Below, one piece after another: positions 59,470 to 64,000 of a stretch of 64,000 bases of DNA (within the stretch, counting starts at the first letter, position 1; the number at the start of each line of letters is the position of its first letter). A program made the position numbers and the translations under genes. Under the pieces are notes generated by a model. The model saw only the letters and a list, made by a program, of their open reading frames with translations. It made no database searches and was not told where the DNA came from. This DNA is from Macrostomum lignano (lineage: Eukaryota). The stretch covers positions 154,371 to 218,370 of the forward strand of contig NIVC01000409.1 in the NCBI GenBank assembly GCA_002269645.1, given 5' to 3'.

Positions 59470-60840
59470 AGAAGTGGGTGAGGTTGAGAGTGAGAGAGGT
59501 GAGATTGAGATTGAGAGGGGTGAGATTGAGATTGAGGGTGTGAGATTGAGAGTGAGAGGGGTGAGATTGAGAGTGAGAGGGGTGAGATTGAGATTGAGGG
59601 GGTGAGATTGAGATTGAGAGGGTGCGATTGAGATTGAGGGGGTGAGATTGAGAGTGAGAGGGGTGAGATTGAGAGTGAGAGGGGTGAGATTGAGATTGAG
59701 GGTGTGAGATTGAGAGTGAGAGGGGTGAGATTGAGAGTGAGAGGGGTGAGATTGAGATTGAGGGGATGAGATTGAGATTGAGAGGGTGCGATTGAGATTG
59801 AGGGGGTGAGATTGAGATTGAGAGGGTGCGATTGAGATTGAGGGGTGAGATTGAGAGTGAGAGGGGTGAGATTGAGAGTGAGAGGGGTGAGGTTGAGAGT
59901 GAGAGAGGTGAGATTGAGATTGAGAGGGGTGAGATTGAGATTGAGGGTGTGAGATTGAGAGTGAGAGGGGTGAGGTTGAGAGTGAGAGAGGTGAGATTGA
60001 GATTGAGAGGGGTGAGATTGAGATTGAGGGTGTGAGATTGAGAGTGAGAGGGGTGAGATTGAGAGTGAGAGGGGTGAGATTGAGATTGAGGGGGTGAGAT
60101 TGAGATTGAGAGGGTGCGATTGAGATTGAGGGGGTGAGATTGAGAGTGAGAGGGGTGAGATTGAGAGTGAGAGGGGTGAGCTTGAGAGTGAGAGGGGTGA
60201 GATTGAGATTGAGGGGATGAGATTGAGATTGAGAGGGTGCGATTGAGATTGAGGGGATGAGATTGAGATTGAGAGGGTGCGATTGAGATTGAGGGGGTGA
60301 GATTGAGATTGAGGGGGTGAGATTGAGATTGAGGGGTGAGATTGAGAGTGAGAGGGGTGAGATTGAGAGTGAGAGGGGTGAGATTGAGATTGAGGGGTGA
60401 GATTGACAGTAAAAGAGAAGAGAGGGAGAATGAGAGGGTGAGATTGAAAGAGAGGGGTTAGATGAGAAGGAAAGAGGAGAGACTGAAAATAAAGAGGGCG
60501 AAATTGAGAGTGGGAGGGGTGAGGTTGAGAGTGGGAGGGGTGAGGTTGAGAGTGGGAGGGGTGAGGTTGAGAGTGGGAGGGGTGAGATTGAGAGTGAGAG
60601 GGGTGAGATTGAGAGTGAGAGGGGTGAGATTGAGAGTGAGAGGGGTGAGATTGAGAGTGGGAGGGGTGAGGTTGAGAGTGAGAGGGGTGAGATTGAGAGT
60701 GAGAGGGTTGAGATTGAGAGTGGGAGGGGTGAGGTTGAGAGTGGGAGGGGTGAGGTTGAGAGTGGGAGGGGTGAGGTTGAGAGTGGGAGGGGTGAGGTTG
60801 AGAGTGGGAGGGGTGAGGTTGAGAGTGGGAGGGGTGAAGT
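59470..60840. repeat. 21-bp G/A-rich minisatellite (GTGAGATTGAGAGTGAGAGGG)n in two sub-arrays
   Basis: Sub-arrays at 59470-60410 and 60510-60840; explains the 471-aa LSISP ORF. Confidence 0.96.
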
Positions 60841-61299
60841 CAAGAGCAATAGAGTTTAGGAATGGGACTGAAAAATCGCATGCTAAAAAATGAGGGCCCA
60901 GTCAAAATAATAAGAATCCTGGATGAAGCCGCAGACTTGAAAGACTTCAGTCCATCGGAAATCTGCCTCTACGAGCTATTTTTTATGATTCTCGCTTATC
61001 GAGAGTCAGCTGAGTGTATAAAATACACCTGCAGTTGGCTTTTGCACCACAAAGCAATCATTTTTTATTTCTTGTGGGATAATAAAGCAGCAGCATGAAG
61101 GCCCACTCCAACCCTTCTTGTTCTTATCAGTTGCCGCCTTTGCGGCTCGGCGGCCCTCTGCAAATCCTGTCTGTCATTTTATATTGCCAGCCTTTAATCA
61201 GACAAAAAAATCGACTGATCAAAAGTGAAGCTACATATTGCTAAGTTCTGTTATAAAGCTCGACTGCAATGCTGAAATACTTTTCTACAAAACTTACCA

Positions 61300-61540
61300 T
61301 AGTGACACGTCACTAAAATGCCGTCACTAATACGACAAGTCACTAAATCGAACGTCACTGACTCGGAATGCCACTTAAACGAAACGTCACTAAAACGAAA
61401 CGTCACTAAATCGAATCGTCAATAAAATGACACTTTATCAATGTCACCAGTCACTGATCACTAAAAAACACGTCTCCAAAATGATTCGTCATCAAAACGA
61501 CCTGTCACCAAACCAATACGTCAAAGGACGTTGCACCCAA
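61300..61540. repeat. Short-period array of CGTCACTAA-like motifs (possible MULE/fold-back subterminal repeats)
   Basis: About 10 motifs spaced about 15-17 bp apart; no partner end found. Confidence 0.5.
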
Positions 61541-62377
61541 AATCCATTTAAAAATAATAGTCCAATCGTCGTATTTTACATTCACAAGTTCTATTTTTCG
61601 AAAGGAAAAATGCGGCATTATACAACTGACTGGACACGGAAAGAATGAATTTTAATGAATAAATTTGATTTAACTAGACAGTTACCGTGGGTAATACAGC
61701 AGGTTTTGAATCGTTACCTATATACTGGACAATTTTTTCTTACAAATAACTAGCATTCGAGCATTGAGTTGGCAGCAAAGTATAAATAATTTTTTGAGAA
61801 ATCCACTTTAACAATCTCAAAAAACACAAAATTGCCTCAAATATATCTAAATACGAGCTACATTTAGTCTCGTCGGCATACAGCATTTTTGAACCAAGTT
61901 TCATAAACTGCTAATTTCTTCAGGCAAAATATGTACAGAACTTGGAGAGACAAAATCAAAAGAGCACCAGAAATGATTTTCAAATATTAATGACACCATT
62001 TTTCGAGCCTCACGACCATATGCTTGAGGTTAATCGTAGGAGTATGGCTATGATTAATTGTTAACATAAATACAATCTGACAATTGAACTCTCAGCATGG
62101 ACAAATGAAGTAGAAGTTACACTGGTAACTTCTACTGGTATATCGTTTGAATTTCACAGCTGGTTTAAATTTTCTATTCTTGAGCACTATAAATTATTAT
62201 GTATCTCACCTGAACATTTTCAAATGTAGGATTGTTCTACTTTAGTTGACCGGGGCTCTGAAAGCCTGTGCTAAGTTTGTTAGCTACACAAAGTACTCTC
62301 GATCAATTGGTTGACCTCGAGGTCCCAAGCTCTGGCCTCTACGATGGCGTTTGCTGCCTCCGGCTGGACCGCCGCCG

Positions 62378-62848
62378 CTACCGCCGCCGCAGCCGCCCCT
62401 TCGTCGCTGTAGCTGTCGCCGTCGCGCGACTACTCAGACCGACAGTGTTCAACACGTCGACACTGGCCTGTCGGGTGTGCATCAGCATGAAACCGACGCT
62501 ATAGCCGTCGTCAACGTCGAGTCTGTTCGGGTCATTGGCAGCAGAAATGGTCGGCACGGATACAGCAGTGGCGCGGATCCCATCGTCCATCTCAATGAAC
62601 CCGTTGCTCTCCGGCTGGTGCCTCTCCTGCTGTCGCGCCAGCTTTCGTCCGAGCAGCCGTCGGCGCCGCCAAGCTCTAAAACGCGCCGGCAGGTCTCTGC
62701 AGACGGCTCTCAATAGGCAGACAATGAAAATTGCGCCAACCAGACTGGCAAATATTGAGCAAACAATCACAGCTAGGGTGCTGTCCGACATTACTTGGTT
62801 CTTCTGCAGCGGCGGCTGCTGCTGCTGCTGCTTTTGCTGTTGAATCAC
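62378..62848 (-). CDS. Hypothetical single-pass membrane protein (first ATG at 62791, or the last exon of a larger gene)
   Basis: Hydrophobic LAVIVCSIFASLVGAIFIVCLL followed by a basic RAWRRRR stop-transfer and a cytoplasmic tail; GC-rich coding-like island with poly-Q upstream. Confidence 0.55.
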   Translation of the reverse strand: MIQQQKQQQQQPPLQKNQVMSDSTLAVIVCSIFASLVGAIFIVCLLRAVCRDLPARFRAWRRRRLLGRKLARQQERHQPESNGFIEMDDGIRATAVSVPTISAANDPNRLDVDDGYSVGFMLMHTRQASVDVLNTVGLSSRATATATATKGRLRRR

Positions 62849-64000
62849 CGTTGATTCGACATTCTCGTTAGGCCTTTACCCAGCAGCTTAGTTGGATGTC
62901 ACTGCGATGATTCTGGTTGAAGCTAAATGTTGTTGCAAGTCTTCATTGAGACAAGCGGAGTGGAAGAGCTCTAAGATGAGGGAAGGAGTTGCTCACAGCA
63001 TCGGGATGTAAATAAGAAAGATCTATCTATCCTGCTCTATCTGCTCAGCTGTATGGAGGGACTTGTTGGCTGGCTGATGTGTCTAAAAAGTCTTTTTGGT
63101 TCACACGCCTCCACAGCGCTCCGCCTCACGCCGCTGAGGCCTCATTGACATCTCGTCCAAAATTCCCTCCCTCCTGGAAAGCGCAGCCCAGCAAATCCAG
63201 CCAATGCTTCCAAGCGACCCACCCCAGTTTTTTCATTCCTCAATCCAAGCCCAAAAAATTGAGGTCTGGAAAACTAACTGCTTGGAAGAGCCAATCAAGT
63301 GCGATATAATGGGCACTGTATCCTCCGTTCTCCCACTCCCCCAGCCATCCCCTCCTTGATTCTAATCCCAAACCCCTACTAAGCCATGGACAACTTGATC
63401 TTAAATCTAGACTCCAGAGTCTACCATTAAGCGGCTTCGTTTTCTTTACTTTTTTTTCTTGTATTGCCTTATAACTGGCTGAAGGAACCATCGTATTCTA
63501 ATACGTTTAGATAGCGAGCTTTAACTCATCCTAAATTTGAAGCTGTCTTCTCTTACACATCGATGAACTAAATTCAAACTAAGCTCAACCCCCCGCACTT
63601 TCTCCTAGGCCAGGCCTTCCCTATTTGACTCCAGACGCCACAGTCCATATACCTTTTAGTCTGCCACGAGCTGCCTCTCTCCCCATCTCCAGCGCAGCGC
63701 CACTTCTTGCACTTGCAGTGTTTCTCTTTAATATTTCTCTCCTTAGAAACTGGCAAAGCTGCAGAAGGAAGCTGGGAAAAAAAAGAAAACGTTCCTCATC
63801 TCTTGGCTTATGCCCAACCTTCACCCCCCAGTCTCACGGCTGAAACCTTGGCCTTCTCCCTGCCTGACTCTGTCTTCACCCATGTGACCGATCTTTTGAC
63901 TTAATGTAATTACGAGTATATATCTTGAGTTAAACGATGGCTTTAAACGATGGATTTATAGGTACTCAATCTGATGACTCTCCAAACGGGGATATTTGAA

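Noticed and set aside
54066-60893. Long repetitive ORFs (CGAKMNA, WIGASVCGLEL, LSISP)
   Set aside because: They are by-products of 20-21 bp minisatellites and are open in several frames at once.
63970-64000. CTGATGA plus a small stem resembling a hammerhead ribozyme
   Set aside because: GAAA does not follow stem II directly, and the window ends before the rest can be assessed.

Overview
This is eukaryotic (metazoan) genomic DNA with GT-AG introns. It is probably from an invertebrate such as a free-living flatworm, but that is an inference from sequence style only. From 0 to 12 kb, three genes lie head-to-tail on the minus strand: a protein with a TOX4-like C-terminal Cys/His motif, a complete 4-coding-exon CCR4/CNOT6 deadenylase (about 603 aa) whose introns are filled with 21-23 bp minisatellites, and an exon of an unidentified gene. 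From 12.3 to 25.9 kb is a CpG-depleted graveyard of nested transposons, including a mariner split by a hAT and a second insert, and a tRNA-derived SINE. From 29 to 49 kb is a cluster of secreted PAN/apple + F-type (fucose-binding) lectin genes. It has three apparently intact two-exon genes, two dead half-exons and three disabled lectin exons, interspersed with MITEs, hairpins, an LTR-like piece and a Crypton fragment. From 50 to 64 kb are a minisatellite-carrying hAT MITE (two copies), two large minisatellites and a small single-pass membrane protein ORF. No database searches could be run, so family assignments rest on recognised motifs. Repeat boundaries are approximate.
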